64,000 nucleotides of DNA. Origin: Trichinella spiralis. Lineage: Eukaryota. The position numbers were made by a program, and so were the translations under genes. Location of the stretch: positions 3,768,108 to 3,832,107 of the forward strand of contig NW_003526945.1 in assembly GCF_000181795.1 (NCBI RefSeq), in the 5' to 3' direction. How positions within the stretch are numbered: the stretch's first letter is position 1; each line of letters begins with the position of its first letter. The notes under the pieces are model-generated. The model ran no database searches. It was given only the letters and a program-made list of their open reading frames with translations, and was not told the origin of the DNA. Shown piece by piece: positions 1 to 12,868 of this stretch.

Positions 1-1304
1 CCGGGAAGGTTTATTCAAATTTCTCCAAAAAATTCACAATTCCGATGTTATTGAAAATTTACATAGCCTTTAATTGGCGCACAATTTATTGTTATAATCA
101 TAAAGTTATTTTACTATAAGCCGTGGTTTCTGAGAAGCATGGAATAAGTTTCACCGTACAAACTGCTGGATACCTTTGAAGATTCGAATAAATACCGTGC
201 ATGAGCCCAATAGTTTGAAATGAATTGTGAATTTATTTAATTACGTATGATTTGTAATGATTGTTTACCCTGGGGAACAGCGTATTGTACTAATTATGCA
301 AATCACCATTGCATCGTTGTTACTTAGGGATAGTAAATTCAAATAGGCATGCGTCTGGTATTAATCAGAAGTTGAGTACATGAAATAGATGGTAATCTGG
401 CCCGCCTTCCATGAAATGTTTGCTTTTTAGCAAAGTAAACACTTACAATGCTTACGCTTTTATTCGCAGAAATTAATGATTATTTAAGAGCAACAATTTC
501 AATAATTCAATTCTATTAATCGTAAAAAAAAGAAATAATTAGTGTAAATGTAACAGATTCGATGTCAAAAATGTTTCATGTGCACAGATTGGCAGTCTCT
601 GCTTCGGTTGAAAGAGAGATTCTGATGGGCAAATTCTCTTTGTATTAAGATTAGCAGCAAACAACTCTAGAGGCCATTTATTCCACAACTGCTGGGTAGT
701 TTCTTTTGAAATGCTAGAAAACAGTATATTTTGTCAATATAAAACTATAACGATCAAAAAAAGTCCAAATTTTGAAAACATATTTTTCGCCGATTTTCGC
801 AAAAACTACCAAGTCTAAAGCCCATGAAATTTTGCAATTTTCGATAAAAATTTTTTTTTCCAAAAATTAAGGCAACTAATTTATATCGGTAGAAAATTAT
901 TCTCTAACTGTTATAAAATTATACCGACAGCTTCTGATTGGGTACTTGTTGAGATATACGAAGAAGGTAAACTTAAAATAGGATTATAACAAAGTTGAAA
1001 TAAAAAGGGACTAAAAATATAAGTGAAATAAATGTAAATATCGAATGGTGTCATTAATTTTTACATCAAAACTATGAATTTTTTCACCCGTTAAAAAAAA
1101 TTTATTTTTATAAGAATTGTTCCTGATTTTCATTAAAGCAACAGAAACTTTCAAAATTTAAATTTTTTTTCACTGAATATTTTTGATTTATTACAATTCA
1201 GAGATATGAATTATCCAAAATTAATACATTAGAAATATATTTATATATACTTTATACACTGTAAAATTGTTGTCCAGCAAAAAGTGTTGAAAAGCCGTAC
1301 CCAG

Positions 1305-2102
1305 TAAACGTGCATTTGCATAACGTGCAGCGCAGTTTTTACACGTTACTCATGTCATGGTAATGGCGGTTAAGAAAGATAAGAAGCGCTGCTGTGAGAG
1401 GAAAATAAATACATTCAAGTTGAAAACAGTCCTCGCGTGGCGCTCACCTGCATGTCATGGCTGCATTCATCCTAAACACTACATTTGACTACATTTTGAG
1501 CAATTATTTTCAGTATGCTCTCAAAAGTAAAATGTAGAATGGGCATGGTTAAAATTTAAAAGGAATTGTATTTTAGCGAATTATAATAAATGGTGTTAAT
1601 TACTTGTGATAAGTGTACATGCATTCACAGAAAACTAATTCAGTACTTTCACATGTAATATTTCAAATATCAGCATGATGACATTATGTTGGTGAATTGA
1701 ATATTAAATATTTTTAACTACATTTTTAACCCAACTGAAATTAACTCGAAAAAAAATCAACGTACAAAAACAGATATGTTCTTATCGATGAAATGTATCT
1801 TTTGTTATGGGATAATATCAATGTAATTGCCCATTTAGAAAATATGAATACAGAAATAATGACAAAAATCATCAATAATTCATAGATTGTAAAATTCATA
1901 TACGATGAAAAACTCAAGCGTCACTAGTCGCAGAGCGTAAGCTTGCAATTGCAAACACTGAAGCGCCCATTCGACACGTTACTCACGCCATGACAATGCT
2001 CGCTAATTAAATTATAAGTATAACGCCTCGTTACCGATAACGCAACCATAACCGCAAAATTAATGCGCGTTATTTAACGTAACATTTAGCGGCCCATCTT
2101 TA
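1305..2102. repeat. Diverged direct repeat (~1305-1365 and ~1938-1998) followed by a hAT-like terminus at 2102
   Basis: ACACGTTACTCATGTCATGGTAATG versus ACACGTTACTCACGCCATGACAATG (21/25). The reverse complement from 2102 reads TAAAGATGGGC followed by TAACG/GTTAC repeats. No matching second end or TSD was found. Confidence 0.4.
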
Positions 2103-3339
2103 CTGCCTTCAACCTCGACACCAAATTTAACTTTATGTTGAAAAAATTATTTTCAATACCTTTCGAAATATTAAAATCAGTGCGAATATTGAAATTAAAT
2201 ATTAAAACAGGATATATCCGATTCATTTATAATTTAATGCAATAATTATGGTGCTCGATATTGCATTTACCAAAAACCAATTTGTTAAATTTACATCTAA
2301 TATTTCCAAAAATTCTAAAAACGGTATTATTTAAATATGCGGATGCATTTAATAGTTTTTATTTAAGGGTTTATTTGCAATACGCTTGCAATTTTTATTT
2401 TAAAATTCAGTTTACTGTTGTAATTGCACTTTAAAAATTCCCATTAATTAATATATTTTTAATAAAGTGATAGTATTATTCAGGAGGGCAGAATTTTATA
2501 AAACAGATTAATGGAGAAAAATATGAATCTCAGCACTATAAAACTGTTCGATCCAATGTAACAGAAGATAGATATGGGATTGATAAAGGCAAAATATACA
2601 CTGCATTACTAGCGCATCAACATAATCCTGAATGAGTAACAATAACATACTGCACCCAAAATAATATTTTTTCAGAAAGAAAACTTCTAGCACTGCTATT
2701 ATGTTGTTATATGAATCACATCATAGCAGAATAAATACTTATTAAGTGGCGTAACGTAATAAAATATAATAAATAACTAAAAGAATAACTTACAAATCAC
2801 CACAAAGCACTGTGCTATATCCACAAAGTCGCCGCATGTCGAACAAATTGACCTTTTCCTTCCTAATATATCTGTTAGTTTATTAATTGACCTGCAGCTG
2901 TTAGATGACTTATGATAATTTTAATTCTCTGCAAAATGCTACTTTGATTTCTATCCAAATATTTCATCATATTTGGTAACACAACGTAACAACAGTTGTT
3001 ATTTTGTGCAATAATCTGTAGTAAGAAATAATATAAATATAAATATAAATATAAATATGTAAGTATAAATATAAATTAAAAATTACAACATAAATGAAAC
3101 GTAAATATTGCTATTCGATATAATATAATAACACGTACATGAAAACATTTTTTAATACCTGCATTTTTTTAACTTACTGTAAAACACCGACTGATATTTT
3201 TTTGAATAATCATATTGGCTGTATATTCATCCTACAGCTGTGTATCTCGATATTGTGTTTTTCTTCGCGATCCTACTGTTGTTTTATTTGTTACTGAATT
3301 CCTTATTCCACTATTTTTTGGCGTTGGTAAAAAAGAATC

Positions 3340-4298
3340 ATGTCCCGTAAAACGATAGCGGTTCCAAAAGAGATGTCAATTGATGAGCAATGCTGGCGTA
3401 GCGTTGTTCTCAAATTCAATATTCCTTCTTTAGAAAAATGTAATGAAGTGAAAGTTTGGCTTTCGAAAGCCTTGATAGCTGTCGACTGTTCTGCACACGT
3501 TATGGCGATTGCTTATTACACTAAATTTGTTGTTTTGAAAAAAGTCGACGACAGCTGGGACTTCGCTTATGAGAAAAATTTGTCTTCGACAATATCAGCT
3601 ATACGAATTTTATCGTCCAGCTATGATGTTTCACGTGGAGCATTGGCAACGAGCGAAAAGTTGACAAGTTTCTTTGATCGTATTTTTTTACTGGTTGGTC
3701 TTCAGGATGGAACCATGTCGGCTTTTAGTGTTTACCGTTCGAGTTGTTTGTTTTCTTTGACAATTAGCTTTTCAGCAGTTAAAAGTGTCGATTTGTGTGA
3801 CAAACATGTGACCGTTCTATGTCAAGACTATTTCATTACACTGGATCGCTGCAGGTGACTATGATTGAGATGCTCTGCTTCAAATAAATAATTAATTAAA
3901 TATATAGATTGATGGCGTTGGCAACTGCTGCTCTTTTGAAAACAGAAACTGACAGCAGCTGGAAGCCTGATTTCGATTCTATACTGTATGAAAAGTGGTG
4001 CATTCCAAAAATGGAATCAGTAAAGTCACTGGCTTGCCTTTGTTCAGTGCGGACAAATCCGTGGAAAACTTGTATAGCATCTGGAAATGCACTACCAAAT
4101 TACACTTTTATGGCAGTTGGCAAAGATCCACTAGTAACAATCTACAACTCTGCTGGCAAAGTTGGACAACACTACTACAATGTGTATTCTGCAGTCAGTA
4201 TCGCATTGAACACTTTGTATTTAACTTTTTCAAAGAAAAGACAATCAAACTTCTGGAATGAGGTTCTGCTTCGTAAACTTCCATCAGGTATTACAAGA

Positions 4299-4329
<31 letters not shown>

Positions 4330-5173
4330 CTTATATAAATTACAAACAATTCATTATTTTAATTATGAAACTTTTTATTCATTCAACATTTTTACAGCAA
4401 TATTATGCGCTGCAGAATTGCTTTCGATTGGTTTTAAATTAGAAGATTAATTATAAAATTGCTTTTGAATGAGTTTTAAACTTTTATAAATTATTACTCC
4501 ATTCGATATTTAAGAAATAAGTTTAACTGGAAATCATGAAAATGATGAAGTTTTAAATTTAGAAACGAAGTCTGTTAAAGGATAATTTTTTAAGAGATCG
4601 CTTACTTGTTGTATCTTTTTTATGAGGTCAGTACATTTACCCATTTTAAATCTTGCTCAAAATTTCCATTGATGTTACAGATTTTTGAAAATGATGGTGT
4701 GTGTGTGTGTTTTTATTTCAGAAATCGAAGCAAAATTGTCGTTGCCAGTTGTTTCGAATTCAGGTGAAAGAATATCAGTCGGACCAGGCAATTGTGGTTT
4801 AGCCGTCGTTTATGATTCCGGTCGTCGAATAATACTGCTTGATGTTCGTAATCATCTTGTATTACACGTGTGGAGCGGTTATCCGGATGCGCAGTTCGGT
4901 TGGCTTCCAGTTCACGATGAAGCATTAAACAGTAGTCACTTTATTTTGTTATTTGTAATTTTTGTACCAGCGAAGGGGAGGCTTGAATTTTGGCACTTAC
5001 AGAACTGTCGATTAATTGCAACAATGGCTGTCGATCCGCAAGGAACTTTGATTTCTGCCTCTCACACTGTTGCTTCGACTGATCAATTACCGTTGTGTTT
5101 TTTAAATATGTCTGGCAAATACTTCTTTCCTTATTTGCAGCCAGATATGTGCTGTAAAGAGAGATGTTGCTGA
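3340..5173 (+). CDS. RAB3GAP2: Rab3-GAP non-catalytic subunit-like protein, N-terminal domain only (~448 aa, 3 exons: 3340-3854, 3908-4287, 4722-5173)
   Basis: GT-AG introns 3855-3907 and 4288-4721 join three ORFs in phase. Exon 3 reads ERISVGPGNCGLAVVYDSGRRIILLDVRNHLVLHVWSGYPDAQFGWL...LFVIFVPAKGRLEFW, matching the RAB3GAP2 N-terminal motif (D.FGRV.LLDV......MWKGYRDAQ.GW...LVIYAPRRG.LEVW). Confidence 0.8.
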
Positions 5174-5383
5174 TTTATTAAACTTTGGCAACCTTCACTG
5201 CGAACATTTATTTACTGCTTTCTGCAAATAGATCCATAATAAAAGTAAACATAAAGGACTGTCGATTTATTTACCAGAAATCCACTCGGCGTTCAATGTT
5301 TTCAGCTGAGAAAAGTTCAAACGCCATAATAAATGAATTTCTTCATTTTGATTCACCAGTTGATGAATGTCATCAACACGAGA

Positions 5384-6130
5384 CTATTTAATCTCTTGCA
5401 TTAGCTCTTCTTGTTTAGCTTTCATGAGTTTTTCTGCCTTCTGCGCGTAGATTCGAACAAGATCTTCAAGGTGGAAAATCAGTGAATTGTAAATCTCCTT
5501 TTGTAGACTGTGCTCTTTTTTGCGCAACTTCACCTCGTGGTAACGCATAATTTCTCGAAGTTGATCATGGCAGCGGTTGTACAAAATTTTCGCATTCTTT
5601 GCCAACTGTTCCCGTTTCGCTTTCGACGGGCGTGGCAGGGGCACGTACAAAAATGCATTCTGCTGCTGAACGCCCACATCCAAACCGCTCTCCGCAATTG
5701 CCTTCATCACCGCTTTTACAGCTTGCGGCGTTGAAGACAAATTTATTATTGCCAAGTGTGGATTTTTCAACGTTACCTGGGCAATGTGGTTCAACGGTAC
5801 GGGCTCTTTTCCGTCAAATTCCACCGATAATGCTTCAAACGCCCGGATGTTGTTCTTCAACGACAACTGCTGCACGTATTGTTCGCGCAATTTTTCCACT
5901 TCGTTTTCCATTTCGCTCACGACGGCATGTTCGTCCAAGTATTTTTCCAATTCACCGCTGTCAAGTTTGACAATTCTCCGCTTGCTTTCGCCTTTGTTTC
6001 GTGAAAAAGCCCTCTCCGACTCAACAAGCGGGTACGATTTACGCATCCACAATGACAAGGTGGCATTTTTTGAAAAGCTGAAATTTCGAATCGCCTGACC
6101 AACCAAGTTCCTCCACGTCGTTCTAAGCAT
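5384..6130 (-). CDS. MRRF: Mitochondrial ribosome recycling factor (248 aa, intronless CDS)
   Basis: Basic, presequence-like N-terminus (MLRTTWRNLVGQAIRNFSF). RRF-like core: PLNHIAQVTLKNPHLAIINL...AVMKAIAESGLDV...LYVPLPRPSKAKREQLAKNAK. C-terminal helix ends KQEELM. Confidence 0.9.
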   Translation of the reverse strand: MLRTTWRNLVGQAIRNFSFSKNATLSLWMRKSYPLVESERAFSRNKGESKRRIVKLDSGELEKYLDEHAVVSEMENEVEKLREQYVQQLSLKNNIRAFEALSVEFDGKEPVPLNHIAQVTLKNPHLAIINLSSTPQAVKAVMKAIAESGLDVGVQQQNAFLYVPLPRPSKAKREQLAKNAKILYNRCHDQLREIMRYHEVKLRKKEHSLQKEIYNSLIFHLEDLVRIYAQKAEKLMKAKQEELMQEIK

Positions 6131-7969
6131 TGGAGCTAAAAGAGCTGAACTGAAATGAACAAACAGATCTAAAACAGAACATATTAGTTTGAAATTAATT
6201 TAAAATCTGACAAGCGCAATGTACAATTAGGTCAAGAAACAGGCGAAAGATGGAAAAACGATTTTTTTAAACAATATACAACTGTTAATACATTTCAAAT
6301 ATGTCATACATGCAAGAGCAACATCAACAACGCCTTCAAATGCAAAACATTGTACATAATAATCATCAACTGTCAACAGTAACCCAATGAAAATAAATCA
6401 CCATCTTCAATTCAGTTCTTAAATATTGCTGCAAGTAATAAGTTAAAAACCACTTACATGATATTGAAAATGTTTCATACTGTTATTTCATATAACCAAT
6501 TATACCCTTAATTGCTACAAAAATACGCTTAATAATTATGGCATTTAAAAGTTACAAATTAAAAAACACTATCAACTGAACAACAAATGAGATATCAACA
6601 AAGCACGTTATGTACTAATGATCGCAAAACCAAAATGTGAAAAATATAAAAACAGCAAGAAACGTTATTATTCTATTATTATTATTATTATTATTATCCA
6701 ACAGATGCATAAATAAATAATATACATAAAACAACATGTACCTGACGTAAAATTAACCTCACTATTTTATTGAGCAAAACTGAAAATATACAGTATACGG
6801 ATAGAAAAAGAAAATAAAGATCAAATCTTACCAACACTTAATAAAATTCACAAATTGAAAATTCTCCATCTAAATAAAGAAACAGTTGTGCTTAAATAGC
6901 ATAAGTAAAAATAATACCAAAATCTGATGCTTTCATTTTCTTTAACAAAGTATAACTCATAATTTAAGTGTATTACCATATGTTAGCATTCAATTAAAGT
7001 CGCTTAAACAATTCTAAAATTAAATTAAATTAAATTAAAATTAAGAAATAACCTTCATTTCAGGTGAATTGGTTAAAACTTGAAATGTATGGCAACATTT
7101 TGAAAAGTTTATGCATAAGGCAAATCTGAAGATTTATCGAACAGTATATTATTTGTCGGAAATAAATATAAAAATACCACTGCTATTTCGTGGAGCATAT
7201 TAAGTGATTTATATCAACTTTTTCTATTATTTTCTGTTTATATTCATAAAATTTGCCTCTAAATTGATACATTCTAAAATTTTATAACTTAACAAACACT
7301 TAAAATTGAATACTATATCATACTTACATGTTTTTATTTGCTGTATGCTTACTGCTTGAAAATTTCTGACAATTAATTTACATTTTGATGCTCCACGCTC
7401 ACCTTAATAAATACAAATCATTTTACAATTTGCAAACGTAAATGAAATAGCATATGCATAATGATACAAAAGTATAAGTAACAGTTGCATGCAGATTGAA
7501 ATTCTTATTTCAAAAATAAACATACTTGAGGGCAATAATTTCAATATAATTAATCGACTGATTGAACAAGTTTTGAACAGTGATGAATAAACTACGCACT
7601 TTGCGAGAAAATATGCCTCAGTAAATTTATCTCAATTATCAAATCAAACAATACTTCCATTCACGCTGATAAAAATTACTCAACTAACAATGTATTATAT
7701 GAATTTTTCAAAAATGTAAAAGTATCATTTTTTCAAATTTCAGAAATCATTTCAGACTAAGTAAAATGTAATCAACAACAGATCAAATCATTTCTTCCAT
7801 TACTTTGCCCAATATAAGTTAAATCTGCACAATTTATCACTGTGCCATTATCAAATCATCGTAAAATCGAATCAGGATGTCTATAAAAGCTTACTTTAAA
7901 TTAGAAGAATTGCCTAAAATCTAGCTAAATTATCTAAAACATATTATTTTCTTAATAATCAGAAATCAA

Positions 7970-10133
7970 TCATATTTTCAGCACATCGTTGGTAAGAGTT
8001 TTTGGCAATACTGTAACTACATCTGCTGAAGTCCCTCTGAGAACCAAATCAGGTGTATCTTTGTATACATCAGTATACAACAGCTCTAGCGGTGGATCAA
8101 CATCTTTGAGAGCCTCTTCCAGAGCTTTCTCCACTTCCTTTCGAACTTGCTTTTCCAAATCCTGAAAAATAAATTCTATCCCATCCATATTTAGCAGAAA
8201 AACCACTCTTTATTAGGATACTTTCAGTTCTTCTTCTGTTGCCAAATTAGCTGATAACATTTTCTCACGAAAACTAGTAATCGGATCACGTAATTTCCGT
8301 ACCTTTTGTATTTCTTCTCTGGTTCGATAGCTGAATTGCAAAACAACAAATATTGAAATTAATCATCAATTAAATTAACCAAAAACTGTCTATCCATATA
8401 ATACCTTGTACCAGGATCACTCATGCTGTGCCCAAAGTAACGATAAGTCGCCATTTCCAGAACAACAGGCCCGTTTCCTTCGCGACAATATTCAGCAACC
8501 CACTTAGTTGCTTGACGCACTGCTAGAACGTCCATCGCATTCACCTAAAAAGACAAATAATAATAATAATAATAATCAACAGATATAATGCATACCCATA
8601 AACCAGGAACGTAGTCACCTCGGGTGTAATATTCAGTTGAAGCAGATGACCGTTCAACTGATGTCCCCATACCATATCCGTTGTTTTCGCAAACAAATAC
8701 GCATGGCAAGCGCCATAATTTCGCCATATTCAACGCTAAAACATTACAACATAAATTAAATCAACTACATAATGAAAGTTTAGATAGTTTTACTTGATAT
8801 AATGTATATGCTGAAAGATTTTAAATGCTTCATTTATAATTACTGCATTTCAGTTTTGTTAACACAAAGCAAACGTTAAAGATCATCAGTGATGCAATTA
8901 ATATGAAGAGAAAAGAAAAGCATACATTCATATAATTGGCCTTGATTGGATGCACCGTCTCCATAAAGACAAAATGATACCTTTTTTTCATCTCGATATT
9001 TATAAGCAAATGATATGCCAGTTCCAAGAGGTATCTAAGAACGATCAGTTCTGTAAAAAATACGAACAGATATAATTTTATGAAAGTATACCTGCGCGCC
9101 GACAATAGCACATCCACCATAAAAATGACTTTTCACATTGTACATATGCATAGAACCACCTTTTCCATGAACCGCACCAGTAACGCGCCCTGCAAATAAA
9201 ATAAAATAAAATTATGACTGAACAATGCAATTTACAACTGTGCATATTTGAACACGAGCTATTTATATTGCTACAATTTAATTATGCTAGTAAACAATAT
9301 TGATTAGCGTATTTAAAAATTTTTTCAATGAATTCCACTTCAATCATCAATTTTAATAACATTCAACAAAAGTTTGTAGCAAAAATAAAACAGTTGGACA
9401 ACATGTCAGCATAAATCATTGCAATCAATGCACTTGAAAGCTGAATCAAATGCATATGAAGATCAAAAATGCAGAAACAGCAGTGCTAAAAAGCAAGTGC
9501 CAATTTATGAAAAACAGAAACAGCAAGTATTAAGAAAAAACTGAAACCTTACCAGCTAATTCGGCGAAAACTTGCTTCAAAGTAATGCCAGACAAAAACG
9601 ACCATCCGTGGCATCGATAAGCTGTAATTATCGAGTCGTCTTCATTCATCGCAGCTTTCATACCAACAGCAACGGCTTCCTGAAAATGTTTCATCAATTT
9701 TCAATATTCACCAATTCATTTCAATCCACTTGTCCAGAATAAAGATGACAAAAGCCACGAATCTGTTTCTCTTTGTACATATTGCTGGCAGTTGTTTCCA
9801 TTCGACGCACCAGCAACATTTCGCGCAAATATTTCATGGCTTCATCTCTAGTAACTGTCACTTGCTGCGCAGGAGCGCTGTCAAGCTTGTGCGTTTTGAA
9901 AGGCTTAAAAAGAAGATTCAGCAGTTCAAAAATTGAATTTCCCCGCTTCATTTCAATATTCACCGTAATATCAAAAGCAGCTTCTGCCGCGGTGGAGAAA
10001 TTCATTCCACTGGAGCCACGAAAAATCTAAGGGCCAAAGCAAAAAATTTGGTTTTTTCAAACAGTAAATGAACAAGGTTATTGCTCACCAAAGCCGGCGA
10101 ATGAAAGCAACGGATCAAGTTGAAAACCGACAT
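7970..10133 (-). CDS. PDHA1: Pyruvate dehydrogenase E1 alpha subunit, mitochondrial (398 aa, 10 exons: 10133-10089, 10026-9964, 9903-9730, 9679-9553, 9189-9092, 9034-8926, 8735-8596, 8544-8405, 8330-8222, 8161-7970)
   Basis: All introns are GT-AG and phase-consistent. Motifs present: [38 protein letters not shown]-binding GDGASNQGQ...[11 protein letters not shown], and phosphorylation loop [18 protein letters not shown]. Confidence 0.97.
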
Positions 10134-11346
10134 CGCCCCTGAAACAGCAAAACAGAATAAACGTAAAAACATTCATGCACACCGTTGTTAAAATCCACTT
10201 GAAATTGAATGCAATTTCTAGGAGGCTCAATGCAATTGATGAAGATAAATTAATTGCACATTATAACAATTGCAAAACTTGAGACATTGTACATGTGAAA
10301 AATAATTTTAAAAAGTTACTCTTGGTAAAAACTGAAATGCTTTTGCACGTAAAATTGAAATGTTGAATAACAATGGAACACAACTGCTAATTATAGAACA
10401 AGACTACCAACAAACAATATAGAATGCTACAGAATTGTTGAAAAACAAGTTCACATAATGTAGTAAGTTATACTATTTTGTCAGTACTAGATCACTTTGA
10501 TATTACAATATCAATCAAGGATATTTATTATATAAAAAAATAATAAAACTAACAATCAAATTACCAGATGAAAAATTAGATAAAATTGCTAAGTACTATA
10601 TCAGTAATTGAAAATTAAGTTCTTATTTAAAAAGCAATATTAAAAGAGAAAATTCACTAATTAAAATACATAATTTTAGGTAGAATAAATTAAGTCATCA
10701 CAAATTCCATTTAATGGTACATCATGATGTACACTTTCAGGCTGAATATTTCACTGAAATGATCTGACTGGTCAGATATGATCAGATAATAATGTAGCCT
10801 CTTTTCAGTGAATATATCATTTCTTGAAATTCCGTACTTTCACGGCTTTTTAAAATATAATTTGCTTGTATAAATTAAGCACTGCAACTTTTTGCATGCA
10901 TGTTTGCACTTTCTGCACTGCACTCTTCACTTAACTTCTCTCTTAACAAGGCCAATGGTTACCTCATTTGGCGTCGTGGTATGGTCAACATAGTATGCAC
11001 TGCTTTACAGCTTAGGTTTCGTTTATGATGATAGCGTCCGTCTTCACATAGGTGGCTCCCAAATCCAGAATAAACTGTTTTAAAAATTAACCCTTCTCAG
11101 GTCAAGTGGGGTACATTTTGCACCTCACCGCTGTTTTTGGCAAATGTCTCTATCGCACTGCTTTGTTTTAGGCCTCATTTTTCTGTAGCTAAATTTTATA
11201 CAATTCTACACGATACGATTTTTTTCAAGCGCATATAATTATTAGATGAAGAATTATAGCGATTTTGTTGTTGGGGTCCATTTTATTCCCCACCTAATCT
11301 TCCGTGATCTGGACTTTTCACCAATATTTGGAAATTAAGTCACGTC

Positions 11347-12306
11347 TAGGGCATGGTTTTTAGTCGTTCGTTTAAAATTTTCGAATAACGAACAATACAA
11401 TTTATAAATCGCGATTAATCGAATAATTCAGTTAACTGAATTCATTTAGCTAAATGAGTTACTTCTTTTATTTCAGCTTTGCGTAAAATATGAAAGTAAT
11501 AAGCAAAGCATATCAATCGTTTCGTCTTTCAAAGACGATTGTAATTTTGTAACGAAAAGTCCAGCTGCGCTGAAACTTTGCTCAGCCCCACAGGATGTCG
11601 GTGGTCCAGTTATAAGTACATCATATAACTTTTGTAGTGCCTTTTGACGTTGTCCAACGGCTTCGAAGACAGCCATTTCGTTCTTGATAATTTTCATAAT
11701 ATCTTTGCCATGACAGCTATCCATCGGGTCACATTTAAAATACTTTCTTCTTCTGATCAATGTATCAAGTTGATCCGCTATACTTTTACTTATATCAGGA
11801 TCGCCTTCTTCGCAAGTTATCATCACCATTGTCGTCAATATATTTTGTTTCCTCCCACCTGGATTTTGAACATCCTATCAAACAGATCCCTCGCACTAGC
11901 CCTTATGTCTTGTTTATTTGGTCGGGTTAGTATGCAGTTTGAACTTGATGAGGAAATGTAGTTTGAAGGATTATCAAGGTAATACAATAAGACGCACAGA
12001 GATGCATTTCGCCATTCAGATTCCATTTATGAAACACTACAGAAAACTAACAACAAACGTACAAGCGGACTACCTCACTCATTACGCGCTGGACACCTCA
12101 AGCTAAGGAAAGCAGAAAACTTACAGTAACTCTGATATTTAAGTTAAATGTATACCATTGGAAATATGCAAACAATTTAAATTCATATAATTTTGACGGC
12201 AAAAAACGATAACGATTAATCGAATAAAAGCTAATAAATAATCACTAATTTTTTCCAGGACATTAATCGAATTAATCAATTAATCGGTTAATCGAACTAT
12301 ACTCTA
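11347..12306 (-). mobile_element. hAT-superfamily non-autonomous element nested in the piggyBac
   Basis: Perfect 8-bp TSD GTCACGTC at 11339-11346 and 12307-12314. Imperfect TIRs TAGGGCATGGTT / TAGAGTATAGTT. CGATTAATCG-type subterminal repeats cluster at both ends. Confidence 0.88.
11473..12026 (-). pseudogene. hAT transposase C-terminal (dimerization domain) remnant, frameshifted
   Basis: LYDVLITGPPTSCGAEQSFSAAGLFVTKLQSSLKDETIDMLCLLLSYF matches the hAT C-terminal PPTS...ERxFS..G......R..L motif. ORFs 11835-12026 and 11473-11838 are out of frame with each other. Confidence 0.85.
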
Positions 12307-12350
12307 GTCACGTCACACTGGAAATTATGTCATAGCTATCCAAAAAAATA

Positions 12351-12868
12351 CCTGAAATCATTGATCATTACCATAAAATTAGATACGGAGTAGACATTGA
12401 CGACCAGATAATTCAGGAGTATACAGGCAGCAAAATAACTCGTCGATGGTCACTCCGACTGTTTATGAACATCCTGAACACTGCAGCATTGAATGCTTAC
12501 GTTATATGAACTTGCATGCATCCTAACTGGATGGAAACGAGGACTGACACCAAGCAGATTTTCTGCAGAAGTTGGCATTGGTGCGACCGCATGTCCAGCA
12601 CAGAATGAACACCAAGATAGATCTACCAAGCAATATTCTGAGGGCTGCACAAACACTCAGAATCACCCGTGAACAGGCCAGAGAAGAATAACAATCCTCA
12701 CCTTCAATGGGAAGAAAGCGTAGTAAATGTAGAATCTGCCCAAGAAAAGATGACCAGAAAATACATTTCCAATGCTCCATCTGCCAAAAGTGGATATGCA
12801 GACAGCATGCAATTAGGGAAGCATTGCATACATGTAAGTTTGTAGAAATTATGCCTGAACTAATTTGA
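12351..12868 (+). pseudogene. piggyBac transposase C-terminal remnant (stop at 12507 and a frameshift)
   Basis: Reads PEIIDHYHKIRYGVDIDDQIIQEYTGSKITRRWSLRLFMNILNTAALNAYVI* (piggyBac Y....GGVD..DQ...RRW motif). A shifted frame gives the Cys-rich domain RSKCRICPRKDDQKIHFQCSICQKWICRQH. Confidence 0.88.

Noticed and set aside
700..980. Transposon-subterminal-looking sequence
   Set aside because: No paired TIR or TSD was identifiable in the window.
2508..2870. Possible minus-strand spliced ORF divergent from RAB3GAP2
   Set aside because: Splice sites can be drawn, but the peptide looks compositionally random and has no clear start.
5510..6102. Several overlapping ORFs on or opposite MRRF
   Set aside because: Shadow frames of a GC-richer coding exon with no motifs.
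5384..6130. MRRF as a retrogene because its CDS is intronless
   Set aside because: No poly(A) relic or TSD was seen, and a 5' UTR intron is plausible, so the evidence is insufficient.
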